Part shown: piece by piece, positions 1 through 13,274 of the stretch
Layout of the letters: each line of letters opens with the position of its first letter
Numbering within the stretch: position 1 is the first letter of the stretch
DNA from: Eledone cirrhosa
Taxonomy: Eukaryota
NCBI GenBank assembly: GCA_964016885.1
Contig: OZ024757.1
Span: 23,312,001 to 23,376,000 of the forward strand
Direction of reading: 5' to 3'
DNA length: 64,000 bases
Notes under the pieces: generated by a model
The model's database searches: none
The model's input: the letters and a program-made list of their open reading frames with translations, nothing else
Told to the model about the DNA's origin: nothing
Position numbers and translations under genes: made by a program

Positions 1-120
1 TTCTTCCAATGAGTTTCTTACATTCTATTTTACATGGGACTGTTCTTTTTTAAGACTGTATGGTGAGATTTGAGGGAGATTTGGTTGCTATATTTAACAG
101 ATGAAATAATTTTATAGATG

Positions 121-377
121 AGATCGTGTAGGTGTCACGACAAAAAAACACACAGTCCACGCTGTAAATGTGGCTGTGTAGGCAACACGGTAAAAACCTC
201 CCAGACCCACACTGTAAATGTGGTTGGTGTTAGGAAGGGCATCCAACTGTAGAAAACCTGCCAGACAGTCCTATGCGAGCAAGACAATCACTCTTGCCTC
301 AAGTGGGAAAACCCCCGTCCAAACCCATGCAAGCGTGGAACACGGACGTTAAACGTTGATGATGATGATGATGATGA
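121..377 (+). mobile_element. 3'UTR-only fragment of RTE LINE (family 1) ending in (GAT)n tail
   Basis: Near-identical to the reverse complement of 27372-27630, the 3'UTR of the RT-coding copy; ends ...ggacgttaaacgtt(gat)n. Confidence 0.85.
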
Positions 378-895
378 GGCTCTTTCATCAACTGGTGGAA
401 AGCACAGAGTAGAGGAAAGAGACAGTTTTAGATCGAAGACAACCAGAACATTTGTCAGTGAAATCCTTTTGAGACAACAATATTAATAATATTTTCTGTG
501 ACATTAAAAACATTAAAAACCTTTGTCACAATGAAAATGTCAATATTCCCAACATTAAGGGAAGTATGGATTGGTAAGATAAAATGTTTTGTGGTATTTT
601 ATATCCTAAAATTAACCTTATCTTTCACTATTCTTAAATTAATAAAACAAAGTACCAGTCATTTACTGGAGTTCATTTAATCAACTATTCTTCGATGACG
701 ATTAAAAAAAAATTTCTTGTCACTGCAAGTAGAGCAGTTATTTCTCTGAAGAGAAAGATCACAGCTCCGATACTATAAGCATGTAGTTAGAATGTCTCAG
801 GAAGGAAATCGCTGGACAGATTACAGGAGCAAAACCAATAGGCAGGAGACCCAGGAGTAGACCCTGGGCAAAATAGCTGGATAACATCCATATGT

Positions 896-1010
896 TTGAA
901 TGGATAAAAGGCAAAGTTGACCTCAGTGAAATTTGAACTCAGATATCAGAGAGCTGGAACAAATACCACAAAGCATTTTATCTGACATTCTATTGACTCT
1001 ACCAATTCAC
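896..1010 (-). mobile_element. Old tRNA-derived SINE fragment related to family B
   Basis: ggataaaaggcaaagttgacctcagtgaaatttgaactcag matches the family B core (reverse of ctgagttcaaat...aactttgcctttcatcc) with divergence. Confidence 0.6.
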
Positions 1011-2058
1011 AAACCTTAAAGATGAGATAAACATTGTATAAAGTGGCAGTATGGGTCAAAAACACCATCTCAGCCTTCATCTTGTTCAAGATACAGAGAA
1101 GGCATTTACTATTCCATACAGATAAAGATTTAAACACACTAAATATTCAAACCAGGTTCATTACTACAGAAGATAGCATCCTGCTCTTTTATTACTTATG
1201 CAAAAAAGGTTAAAAGGAATATCTTCTCTTAGTGATATCTCAATCTGCTTGTTGTTGTTGTTTTTTGTGTTTTTAGTGGAAGGAAGGGGAAGGGGTTCCA
1301 TTGAATGAGATTATTAAGGAGAGGTCATAAGACATTTGCATTTCTCCCACGGTAACACTTGTCATTCAAATCCGACAATTGAAACAAGGGTTATGAATCA
1401 TATATATCTCAAGTATCACCAATAATATTTCTTTTCCTTGCAGCAATGGCTATTGTATGCAGTCGACAATACATACAACACGGTACAATTGCAATTTCTT
1501 ACTCATACAACTAACTTATCTGCTGGCATCTTACTAAAGAAAAACTTTCAAAGCTGAGCGAATATCACCACAATGCAGTTTCTAGTATAAATATGAATCA
1601 TAATAGTATCTTGACTATGTCTCCATTCAACCGTTAACACTTGACATTATGACAAGTAAGAGATATACAGGAATTCAAAGAAAGGTGCTACTATGCTCTT
1701 CGTGAATAGTACAATGCAGTTATTCATAATTAGTTAAATGTAAAGTTAGTTGTTGGACTAACTCAACATGTATTGATACCAAAGATTAATTTCTGTCTTC
1801 CTCTCAAGGAACTTGATACTGTTTATTTTATTATTTCCTACATTTCTAAACTGGAGTCTCTTCCATATTTTATTTGAATATTTTTTGGTGACAAACTGGA
1901 AGAAACATTGACCCTTTTGACATCAAAACCACCCAGAACTGCTTCTGGTTGTGTGAAACAGAACCAGCCGATTTTAGATGACCCCCCGTGAGAAGCAAGT
2001 GAAACACCAGAGTAACAAGACTTACTATTTAGCCTAAATATGAATATATACATAAATA

Positions 2059-2300
2059 TCATCATCATCATCGTTTAACGTCTATCTTTCACGCTAGCAT
2101 GGGTTAGACAGGAATTTGTCCTACTTGAGGCAAGATTGGGCGGATGACCGTGTCGCGCTCGTATAGGACTGACTGTGTGGCAAGTTTTCTATGGTTGGAT
2201 GCTCTTCCTAACACCAACCACATTTACAGTGTGGACTGGGAGCATTTTACCGTGTTACCTACACAACCACATTACAGCGTGGACTGTGTATTTTTTTCCC
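2059..2300 (-). mobile_element. RTE family 1-type 3'UTR fragment (diverged)
   Basis: (cat)n-cgtttaacg...ggatgctcttcctaacaccaaccacatttacagtgtggac, same layout as 27372-27620. Confidence 0.75.
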
Positions 2301-2339
2301 TTCTCTCTTTCCCTCTTTTTTTTTTGGCATATGTATATC

Positions 2340-2372
<33 letters not shown>

Positions 2373-2413
2373 TTATGAAAAAGAACACAAGAGCGTCTAC
2401 AACATCAAAAGAT

Positions 2414-2473
2414 TTTTATTGGCTTACAATGTTTCTTCCTTACGTAACCGTAGGATTCGTCAGAGCTATAAAA
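2414..2473 (-). ncRNA. Type I hammerhead ribozyme fold (PLE-type minimal hammerhead)
   Basis: Minus strand: tttata-gct CTGACGA a[tcc-tacg gtta cgta-a-gga]a GAAA cattG TA agc-caataaaa. Core boxes intact, GUA cleavage triplet, AATAAA then (TA)n downstream. Confidence 0.75.
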
Positions 2474-3044
2474 GGGGTTTGATTGGTGTTATGGACTCTA
2501 CCAACCAAACATTCAAGAACAAAGAGTAAAGAGAGGAAAGAGCAAAAGTAGGGGACGATAAGTCTAATTTTGGTGCGGGAGGGTATATTTATTTAAGTAT
2601 ATATTTATTTAAGTATATATTTATGCATGTATATCTGTGTGTGTATATATATATATATATAAGAAATATATTAGTTTAACACTTGAGAGAATAGGAAAAG
2701 AGTCTTAATCTTTTGGACACTAGTCCTTCATCAGAAGATGGAATAAGAAATAAAAGATGGAATACAAAGATAGAAAATGAAAAGAGGAAGGAATTGAAAA
2801 TAAATTTGAGAAAAAAAACACACACATTTACACTTCTACAATATTTCCAACCACATTTATCAACTTATCAACTCCAAAAATAAAATGCTCGAAAAAGAAA
2901 TGTTAGCAAATGTAGTCATTATTTGCAATTTAGTTGGAACCATTAAATTTGCTACAGTGATGACGATGCTTTACTGCATTCAACTTAAGCCAAATAAACC
3001 TAAATGGCTTTCAACCAATAACTCCTTTCTCTCTCTCTTTCTCT

Positions 3045-3568
3045 AGAATAAGGACGGGTTGGAAGAAGTTTAGGGAGCTGCTTGCTCTGTTGACAAAGAA
3101 GGCTTTCTCCCTGCATACGAAAGGACGGTTATATGATGCCTGTGTGAGATGCGCGGTGCTGCAAGGTAGTGAGACATGGGCACCAACTGCAGAGGATATG
3201 GGACGGCTGGAGAGAAATGAAGCAAGCATGCTCTGATGCATGTGCAATGTCAATGTGTGTGAATGACCCAGCATGGACGAGTTGAGAAAGAAACTGGGTA
3301 TGAGAGGGATAAGTTGTGGTGTGTAGGAAAGAAGGCTGAGAGGGTATGGACATGTGATGTGCATGGAGGATGACCGCTGGGTAAAGAAGTGCCAAGAAAT
3401 CCCAGTAGAAGGAAGACCATGAAAAACATGGGCGGAGGTGGTGAGAGCAGATCTCAGATCGCTGAAACTCATCGAGGAGATGACGAAGGACTGTGACAAG
3501 TGGAGAGATGCTGTGATGAATAGGACCTGTCCAACCCTTGCAAGCAGGGAAAAGCGGACGTATGATGA
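3045..3568 (+). mobile_element. Decayed 3' fragment of a second RTE LINE family
   Basis: Reads [47 protein letters not shown] with stops; homologous to the C-terminus of 27766-29340; ends in (GAT)n. Confidence 0.85.
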
Positions 3569-4751
<1,183 letters not shown>

Positions 4752-4752
<1 letters not shown>

Positions 4753-5252
4753 TAGCCGAATTACCCGCGCCTTCGTGCGTTTCACACATAAAAAAGTAGA
4801 GGCGTTAACTAATAATTTTTGTTGTCATAATTCTAGTGATGTTTTCCCATACATAAAATGTCTAAATTAGCCAAATTTTGCTATAAAAGAGAGGTGCTTT
4901 TTTTGTTGATTTACGTTTAATTAATAGAAAGACCCCATGATAATAGAGGTTCAATACTCAAGTTTTGGGCTTCCAAAATTTTCACTATTGGGCATCTTAA
5001 TATTATTGAAATTTGCTGAAAATTTGTGAATAGGCATCATATCTTGTCATTTATGTATGGTTTAAATTTCGTATAAATTGAAGGGAAAAACTTTTCAGCG
5101 GGGGTTTGTGTTACTGGGGAACCCTTTGATTAATATACTTATCCAAGTACCCTGGGCAATGTAGTTTCAGAATATATATGGTTATGGGGGTCTATCTCCA
5201 GGAGGAGTTCGTGAACAAACAAACAAACGGACAGGAACTTTATATATGTAGA
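4752..5252 (-). mobile_element. Non-autonomous Helitron
   Basis: Minus strand starts A|TCTACATATATAAAG..(gttt)n and ends with a GC-rich hairpin then ...cgggtaattcggCTAG|T: 5'-TC, 3'-CTAG, inserted in AT. Confidence 0.75.
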
Positions 5253-5259
5253 TATATAT

Positions 5260-5490
5260 ATCATCATCATCATCATCATCATCGATTAATGTCCATCTTC
5301 CACGCTAGCATGGGTTAGACGGGTCCTATTTTAAGGCAAGTTGTGTCGGGTGACCGTGTTTTTCTCAAATAGCAGTGTTTCTGGCTGGTTTTCTACAGCT
5401 AGATGCCCTTTCTAACACCAACCATATTTACAGTGTAGGCTGGGTGCTTTTTGCCGTGCCTTTTACATGTCTACTTTACAGTGTGGGCTG
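5260..5490 (-). mobile_element. RTE-type 3' tail fragment (old)
   Basis: (cat)n tail plus ttctacagctagatgccctttctaacaccaacc motif. Confidence 0.65.
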
Positions 5491-5621
5491 TAAATATATA
5501 TATATATACACACACATATATATATATATGAAATAATGCTTTATTTCTGGAGAGATTCCTTGGTCATCTTTCTGAAGTCAACCCTGGATATTTGACATTA
5601 AAACCTATTTTTTCCGATTAT

Positions 5622-5807
5622 CATATATACTCAAATATAAGCCAATCCAAATATTTTATGACTGAGAAATTAGTGAAGATCCAAACCCTGTTTATAAACT
5701 GAGGCAGCTAATCAACACATTGTTTAGATGGCGTATATAAGCTGACCCCATTTTACCATCGATTCTTTTGGTCACATATTCCTCAGCTTATATTCGAGTA
5801 TATATGG
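5622..5807. mobile_element. Tc/pogo-like MITE
   Basis: Imperfect TIRs tatatactcaaatataagc / gcttatattcgagtatata. Confidence 0.5.
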
Positions 5808-6359
5808 GAAGCCAAATAAACTAAAATGACTTTCCACCAACGCCTCCTCTTCTACAATGTTACTAACTCCTCTTTCTAACCTTTATTTCTGGAAAGATTC
5901 CTTGGCCATCTTTCTGAAATCAACCTTGGATATTCAAAACAAAAACCTATTTTTTCCAATTAATTAATTTTCTTTTTTTGAGGGTTTGTGGGGGAGTGGG
6001 TGTTTAGTTGACTTTTATTTGTTTGTTATGTAACAAGATGGATGAATAGTTGAAAGATTAAGATAATAAATCAGGGAAAAAACATTTTGTTGGTGTTACA
6101 TATGACTACAAAGAAGCAGCAATTTGGCAATATATATATATAGTGCCATGAAGCAGAAACAAAGGCAGTGGTTTGTTAAGATTAACGTAGTTAAGGTTAA
6201 AATGTCTCAGCGGTTAAGGTAAATGGTGGTAATATTTGATCAGGAGACAACATCGAGAATGTAGAAGCATAGTAAATAAATAAAATGAAATATACGAATA
6301 AATAAAGATTCATGGAAGTTTTTATGTGATACAGTTTAAGATATGCAGGATTTCACATA

Positions 6360-6474
6360 ATAACTCCTTTCCCATTGGAGAGAGGTAACTCCCTTATCTG
6401 GGATGCTACGTGCTTGCGACTTGTTCTCCAGCTCTAACCTTGTAGCTTCGATCCCAAACCCAAGCACTGCTGCC
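6360..6474 (+). pseudogene. CRE-clade non-LTR retroelement restriction-like endonuclease remnant
   Basis: Reads TPFPLERGNSLIWDATC...PSTAA, a motif typical of the CRE-clade REL domain. Confidence 0.55.
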
Positions 6475-7095
6475 TTAACCCATTAGTATGTTAACCGGCC
6501 ATATCCAGTGAGAATTCTCCCACCTCTTTCTGTCCAAACCAGCCATAACTGGTCACTCATACTAATGTTAAGGTATTGTTCTCAAAATAAATAAATGTTT
6601 CTACTTTTGGCACAAGGCCAGCAATTACCCAGTGCATTACTGGTACTTTATTTTATCGACCCCCGTAAGGATGAAAGGCAAAGTTAACCTCGGCGGGATT
6701 TGAACTCAAAATGGCAAGGACCGTAACTCTATGCGTCAAAGCATGGCATCCAACCCTCTACCGATACTGCCAATCCACCACCATAATAATTGTTTCTATT
6801 TTTGGCACAAGGCCAGCAATTACCCAGTACATTACTGGTACTTTATTTTATCGACCCAGTAAGGATGAAAGGCAAAGTTAACCTCGGCGGGATTTGAACT
6901 CAAAATGGCAAGGACCGTAACTCTATGCGTCAAAGCATGGCATCCAACCCTCTACCGATACTGCCAATCCACCGCCCGATCTCAAAATAAATAATAACAA
7001 AATCTTTAATATTATGTGAGATAATTATGTAAGGTAAAGCCTTTACCACAAAAATACTTTAGCATGTATAGAGTAATGTAAATGTTAAAGGATTA
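6475..7095. mobile_element. piggyBac-like (TTAA) MITE interrupted by a SINE dimer
   Basis: ttaacccatta...taaaggattaa ends; body homologous to the intact copy at 20742-20958. Confidence 0.7.
6595..6978 (-). mobile_element. Head-to-tail dimer of SINE family B
   Basis: Two ~190 bp near-identical units; 15-bp target site duplication tctcaaaataaataa at 6580-6594 and 6980-6994. Confidence 0.85.
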
Positions 7096-7139
7096 ATGCA
7101 GGGTGGTTTCCCCGACACCCATCTCTTAATGACATATTT

Positions 7140-7560
7140 CCGAAAGAGCCATGATGTGGCTGGATACCCATCACAACAGGAACCAGCCAGCCTCAGTTGT
7201 GGCAATGGTTAGTGTCCAGATGGCATAACTCCCTGCCCATTTGAGAGAGGTAGCCCCCTAATCTGTGATGCCACATCCTGCTATTCATTCTCTGCCTCCA
7301 GTTTGACTCTTCAGCCTCAAACCCAGGCACTGCCACCTATAGCGCAGAGGACAGGAAAGTTGCCAAATACCATGTTGTCAAGACTTCAGGTGCCCTAGGT
7401 CCTTGAACTGCCATTTTCCTGTGAAAATTGGAAAAGCAGCAACCTGCCTAAGGAAGGAACCCCATGAGGTAGAGAGGCTGTTGCAGTAAGTGTTGCTAGC
7501 CATTCTCCGTTGTAATGCCTTTGCCATTTTGTCTGCAGGACACAGCTGAGAGACACCACT
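7140..7560 (+). pseudogene. CRE-clade retroelement C-terminal (REL endonuclease) remnant
   Basis: Reads VAGYPSQQEPASL..PDGITPCPFERGSPLICDAT..AEDRKVAKY..SGALGP..KEPHEVERLLQ*VLLAILRCNAFAILSAG with stops and frameshifts; related fragments at ~24870-25075 (-), ~30880-31080 and ~49750-49990 (-). Confidence 0.65.
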
Positions 7561-8299
7561 CAGACTGGGGTGTAGAGTCTGTCACTCTTGCCTTTCGTTG
7601 TTTAATTTCCTCTTTCATTTTATTTCTTTTCTTTTTCTTCAATTCTTTATTTCCTTATTACTTTATATAAATTTTTCTGTATTTAACAATTGAAACAATT
7701 ATTTCTATAAATATTTCTAGGAATAAAGATACTTTGAAATTATTCAACCAGAAATAGAAAAACAATTTGAGATGTTTATAAGGAGGAAACTGTTTTTTCT
7801 TCATTTTTTGTCTTTTTCTTTTTTCGAAGCAAAAAGGCACAACAGGGGGTTTGTCTTGTCCCCATACCACCACCACCACCCACAGGAGTAAGCCTTGCAA
7901 TTTGGAATGGCTATTTTAATGCATCTCCAGCATTATCTTCTGGGTAATGCTTTCTCTATTTTGTCTGCTGGGATCTCAAGGTGATTTGTACCTGGGGTCT
8001 CACTGATGTGTATAAAACTGTCTACACACACACATGGATGTGTTTATTGTGTAGATCACCAACAATGGAAAGTTGTGTCTTTCACTCAACTAAAGAGTGC
8101 TTCTGACCCTTTATATAGCAAGTTTTCTATGACTGGAAGCCATTACTCTCACCAACCCTTTTGCAGTGTTTATCGTGTAGATCACTAACACTTGGGAGGT
8201 TGCCATGTCTTTGACAAAACTGAAGTATCCTCCTGGCCCTTTCTTTGGCATAGTTGCTGCAGCTGGATGTCCTTTATATCACCAACCACCTTATAGTGT

Positions 8300-8491
8300 A
8301 TGAGGGTCAGCTGAAAAGTTCATAGAGCAACTATGAAGGAGTGCTGTGAAATCTTGTATGCATTAATTTCAATTCTCCTTATTAATAACTGCATTGTTTC
8401 CTTCCAGGGATTATGTTGAAAAATAAACCTCATTTGGTCATTCCATGAGAGTATCTTGGTCAGCCTATGAACTTTTCAGCTGACCATTGTA
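8300..8491. mobile_element. mariner-type MITE
   Basis: TIRs gagggtcagctgaaaagttcatag / ctatgaacttttcagctgacc, TA-flanked; other copies 12686-12885 and 21790-21955. Confidence 0.8.
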
Positions 8492-9699
8492 TACTGGATG
8501 TGTTTATTTTGTAAATCACCAATACTAGGGAGGTTTCAACAACTCAAACATAAGTGTAAAAAAAAAAGAAATAGTTTATAAAATGGTCAAATATAAAATG
8601 TTTTTAAAAAATGGTTAATTTATTTTGTTGAATTCTGTGATTTTACTTCGATAGTTTGAGCCATTAATTTATTGAACATATAATTTAGTACAGATGCTGA
8701 ATTTCCTTCAATGATTCAATGAGATTAAAAATTAAATTCTATAGGAGAGATGTCAAAATGCAGCGACATTTATTCTTAGTAATTATGTATCTATTCAATC
8801 CAACACACACACAACATTTTATCTAAAACCTTTATATTGAATCTAAAAAAAAAAAAAAAAGTAATTCACAAAAGAAAAACAAATAATATTTACAAAAAAA
8901 GTGAAAAAATATTCTTGTTCTAAATCTATTAAAACAGCACAAACTCTGATCTTGATAAAAAGTTTCCCTCCTCTCAACAAAAAATGTACAGTTCATGACA
9001 ACATTATAAAGCAGTCTGGTTGTATATAACAATAACAACAACAACAACACATTTTTCTGTGTCTTTGAATTCTGGAGCTTGCTTAAATATTGAAAACGAG
9101 AATCACTGGAGTAAAACACTTTTAGTACTACAGTGAATTAATACCTTTTCACTAGCTTTCGAATCATTACCATTTAATCCATGAGCTGAACAGCTAGTTG
9201 TATGTGAATGTCTGTCTGTCAGATCAGAAATTTCCTGTTTGATGTTTTCAAAAAAAAAAAAAAAAACGTTATTCTTATTTAATTTCAAAGAAAGAAATTT
9301 AAATATCAGCCAACCAAAGATGAATTATCCCCTGCCCCACACTTTAAAAATAAACATTCAGGATAATAGAAGTATCAATGCAAAGGAATTCTAGACAGGA
9401 GGTGGCTGTTGTAGCGAGTGTCTCTGGTCTTTCCCCCCAGTGACTCCTTTGTCATTTTGTCTGTGTTGTGTGGGCATATACAGCGCACAGGCATACTCAC
9501 ACATGTATGTGTGTGTGTGTGTGTGTATTTATACACATACACATGCATACACAGTTTTTTTTTTTTTTTAAATAAGAGGAAATGAAGGCAAAGATTTCTA
9601 TCAGCCCCTTTTATTATAAACTGACGAACTGTTGCTCCCAATAATTGCCAATACTGCAGACACCAGCCCTTACTAATGACATTAGCTAACAGACAACAC

Positions 9700-10030
9700 C
9701 CTCCACCCTCACCAACTAAACATACACTCTACCAAACACACAGCCTAAACGACACATCACCTACCAGGCACACAAACTACCAGACATGCCACCTACCAAA
9801 CATCCCCAGACACACTACCTACTAAACACACCACCAACCAAACACCTCCCATCTAAACACACCACCTACTAAACACACTACCTACTAAACAGCTCCCATC
9901 TAAACACACCACCAACCAAACAACTCCCATCTAAACACACCACCTACTAAACACACTACCTACTAAACAACTCCCATCTAAACACACCACCTACCAACCC
10001 CCCTCCAACTAAACACATCACCTACAAACA
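9700..10030. repeat. Degenerate ~16-bp C/A-rich minisatellite (acacaccacctactaa-like)
   Basis: Direct reading. Confidence 0.8.
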
Positions 10031-10239
10031 TTTACTTTATATAAGAAACTAAAAAATATATAAAATACCTGGTAAAGGAATTATATTTTGTAGCAATCAA
10101 TTTCCGTCCTTTCCTACCATTTCAGTGGGTTTTGTGGGGGTTTATTGTTCTGATTTACTTCTATTGATTGAATTTTTGTATGGGCAGAGTACAACATTTA
10201 AGGTCCTCTTCTAGATATGAGTGTATATATATATATATA

Positions 10240-10670
10240 TCATCATCATTTTACGTCCGCTTTTCCCTGCTTGCAAGGGTGGGACGGAAACTGTTTCTGG
10301 CTTGATTTCTACAGCTGGATGCCCTTCCTAACACCAACCTCATTTACAGTGAGTGCTGGGTGCTTTTTTTTCTGTGGCGCCTACACGTCCACTTTACAGT
10401 GAGTGCTGGGTGCTTTTTTTTCCGTGGCGCCTACACGTCCACTTTACAGTGTGGGCTGGGTGTTTTTTTGCCGTGGCACCTCCACGACCACTTTGCAGTG
10501 GAATGATATGGACCCCAGTCCCTATCATCTCATTTCTACAGCTGAGTAAACTGGAGCAATGTGAAATAAAGTGTCTTGCTCAAGGAAACAACACATCACC
10601 CGGTCTGAGAATTGAACTCACAACCTTTCGATTGCAATCCCAATGCTCTAAGCACTAAGCCATATGCCTC
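10240..10670 (-). mobile_element. SINE family A (tRNA head + CORE-like segment + RTE-like tail), with an internally multiplied module
   Basis: Pol III A box tggcttagtg.. and B box gagttcaattct, tccttgagcaagacacttt segment, (GAT)n tail; a ~41-bp module repeated at 10345-10480. Confidence 0.9.
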
Positions 10671-10699
10671 TATATATACATATATACACACACACATTT

Positions 10700-10734
<35 letters not shown>

Positions 10735-10748
10735 TTTATATATATATA

Positions 10749-10857
10749 TACAGGGTGTCTCAAAAAATGTATACATACAGGCTGTGTATTCTAAGTATTC
10801 TAAGTATTGTCTGTACAGGTAATCAAAATATGTATACATTTTGGGGGATACACTGTA
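10749..10857. mobile_element. Tc1-like mini-MITE
   Basis: TIRs tacagggtgtctcaaaaaatgtatacat / atgtatacatttttgggggatacactgta within TA repeats. Confidence 0.6.
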
Positions 10858-10979
10858 TGTATATATAAATATATATATATATATATATACTCACACATAA
10901 ACATGCATGCATACAGACACATATATATACATACAAACATACATACATGCACACACACTAATATATATACATAAATAAT

Positions 10980-11065
<86 letters not shown>

Positions 11066-12052
11066 GAGATTGCAGAAGGTTAAAACCTCATGCTATATAT
11101 TGTCTAGTGTTGAAGAGAGAAAAAAATTGATGGAGATGGCAGAGAGGGGTTTTGATTGATTACCATTAGATAAAAATCAGGGAGAGAAAGAAACCCAGCT
11201 TTGGTTTCCAGAAGGACCTTATCAGTTCCGTCAACTTAATGGAATATGGCTCCTGAAACATTATAGTTACTGAAACTTTAGAAATAAAGGGTCTTTGAAT
11301 GTGAAAAGGGGATGAGATCATTGAGACAAATACTTATTTCCCTAGGGTCATTGCAAATAGTCCCAACATACAACAATCCAATCCTTGCAAAGATCAGCTC
11401 AGATATCATGATGCCCGAAACCTCCCCCATCACCACATCACTAAACCAACTCCCTTTACTTTCTCAACATTGAACCTTCTCATGATCACAATCTAATCCC
11501 TTTGGCCCTATATCTTTCAACGATAGATTTTAAAGGATTTTTCTCGGCTAAGATTCATTCCTTTTCAAAGTAGGGTTTGTGGGCAGTTTTTCAGCAGCCA
11601 GAATCAGAGAAGTGCTTTTCAACAATCAATACAATATCTTAAAGTAGTTTCCTACTCCTTAAAATGTTTCTAGGGGTTTCTTCTTACAATGGACCTTTAA
11701 CAGAAATGGTTGTTATTGAATATCTTAACTGATATCATGTCATATAAACAGATGCTATATTGAATAGATAACTTTAATTAAAGCAACATTTCATTAGCTT
11801 AATGTGATTGTTGTTGCTGCTACTTCTACTAGTATAGTGATTGTGAAGGCTTAATGGTTAGAGTGTTAGACTCACAATGATGGATTTATAATTCTGGAGT
11901 TGTTAGATTTGTTCCGGGACCAGGAGGTGTGTTGTATCCTTGAGCAGGACATTTTATTTCATGTTGCTCCAGTTTACTCAGTTGCTCCAAAGTGAGATGC
12001 AATGTCACTGGTGCCAAGCTGTAACAGTCTTCTCTTAGACAACATCCTATAT

Positions 12053-12323
12053 AGTCATCATCATCATTTCATTTAAGTCCACTTTTCCCTGCTTGCAAGG
12101 GTGGGACGGGAACTGATTCTGGCTTGATTTCTACAGCTGGATGCCCTTCCTAACACCAACCTCATTTATAGTGAGTGCTGGGTGCTTTTTTGCCGTGGCA
12201 CCTCCACGACCACTTTGCAGTGGAATGATAGGGACCCCAATCCCTATCATCTCATTTCTACAGCTGAGTAAACTGGAGCAATGTGAAATAAAGTGTCTTG
12301 CTCAAGGAAACAACACATCACCT
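12053..12323 (-). mobile_element. SINE family A, 5'-truncated
   Basis: Near-identical to other family A copies up to ...aacacatcacctggt. Confidence 0.9.
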
Positions 12324-12685
12324 GGTATATATTGTGTATTTACAGTGTATATATGAGCTGTGATGTTACTGGTGTCAAGTTGTGAGACAACATTGTATAT
12401 AGTGTATATGAAGAGCATAAATAATGTATATATAGTGTATATATGAGTTGTGACATCAACCTTTGTTTTGGACTGTGTCAGTGGTGTGGAGAGGGGAGAC
12501 TGGTATATCTCATGGACAACTGCTGGTCTTCTACAAAAATACATTGCCTGAGATTGGGCCTCAGAAAGGAGCTTTCTCAGTGTAAAACCCATGGTCAGCC
12601 CTGACTGAAGCGGGAACATTTATATAGTTGTTGTTGATGTTGTTGTATTTATACAAACTGGGATGTTCTGAAAAACTCAATATTT

Positions 12686-12885
12686 ACGAGAGTGGGCTGA
12701 AAAGTTCATAGACAAACTATGAAGGAATGATGCTTGGGCTGTGAAATCTTGCATGCATTAATTTCAACTCTTCTTATTAATAACTGCAATGTTTCTTTCC
12801 AGGGACTATGTTGAAAAATAAACCTCATTTCCTTATTCCATGAGAGTATCTTGGTCAGTCTTTGAACTTTTCAGCCAACACTTGT
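12686..12885. mobile_element. mariner-type MITE
   Basis: tacgagagtgggctgaaaagttcatag ... tgaacttttcagccaacacttgta; homologous to 8300-8491. Confidence 0.75.
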
Positions 12886-13274
12886 ATTTATTTATTTATT
12901 TATTCCTGCTCATATGTCTTATTATACTTCTTATTGTGTTACATTACAGACTGTGGAGGTTCAGAAATAAATTGAATATTGGCAGGTCTGGAAAACCAAA
13001 GCCATAAATCATAGAATTATTTCTCTTTTTATTCTTTATGTTTTAATATAACATAGCTTTCGACCTCTCAATTCATTGATCTTATCTTAACAGAAAAGAT
13101 TAAGACTGGTTGTCTAGAGGAATTTCTGTATGTTAGTGACATATTTATCTTTTAGCTGAATCCAGAGGTATAAGTAGTGAAAATAGTGGCTATGGCAAGC
13201 AGTGAAATTGCACCCCTACCCAAATATCAGACGCCCATCTTTCAGATAACCTTAAAATCAGTTCAAAAATACCA

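Noticed and set aside
9103-9237. Possible minus-strand exon EISDLTDRHSHTTSCSAHGLNGNDSKASEK
   Set aside because: Atypical acceptor context and no recognisable protein similarity
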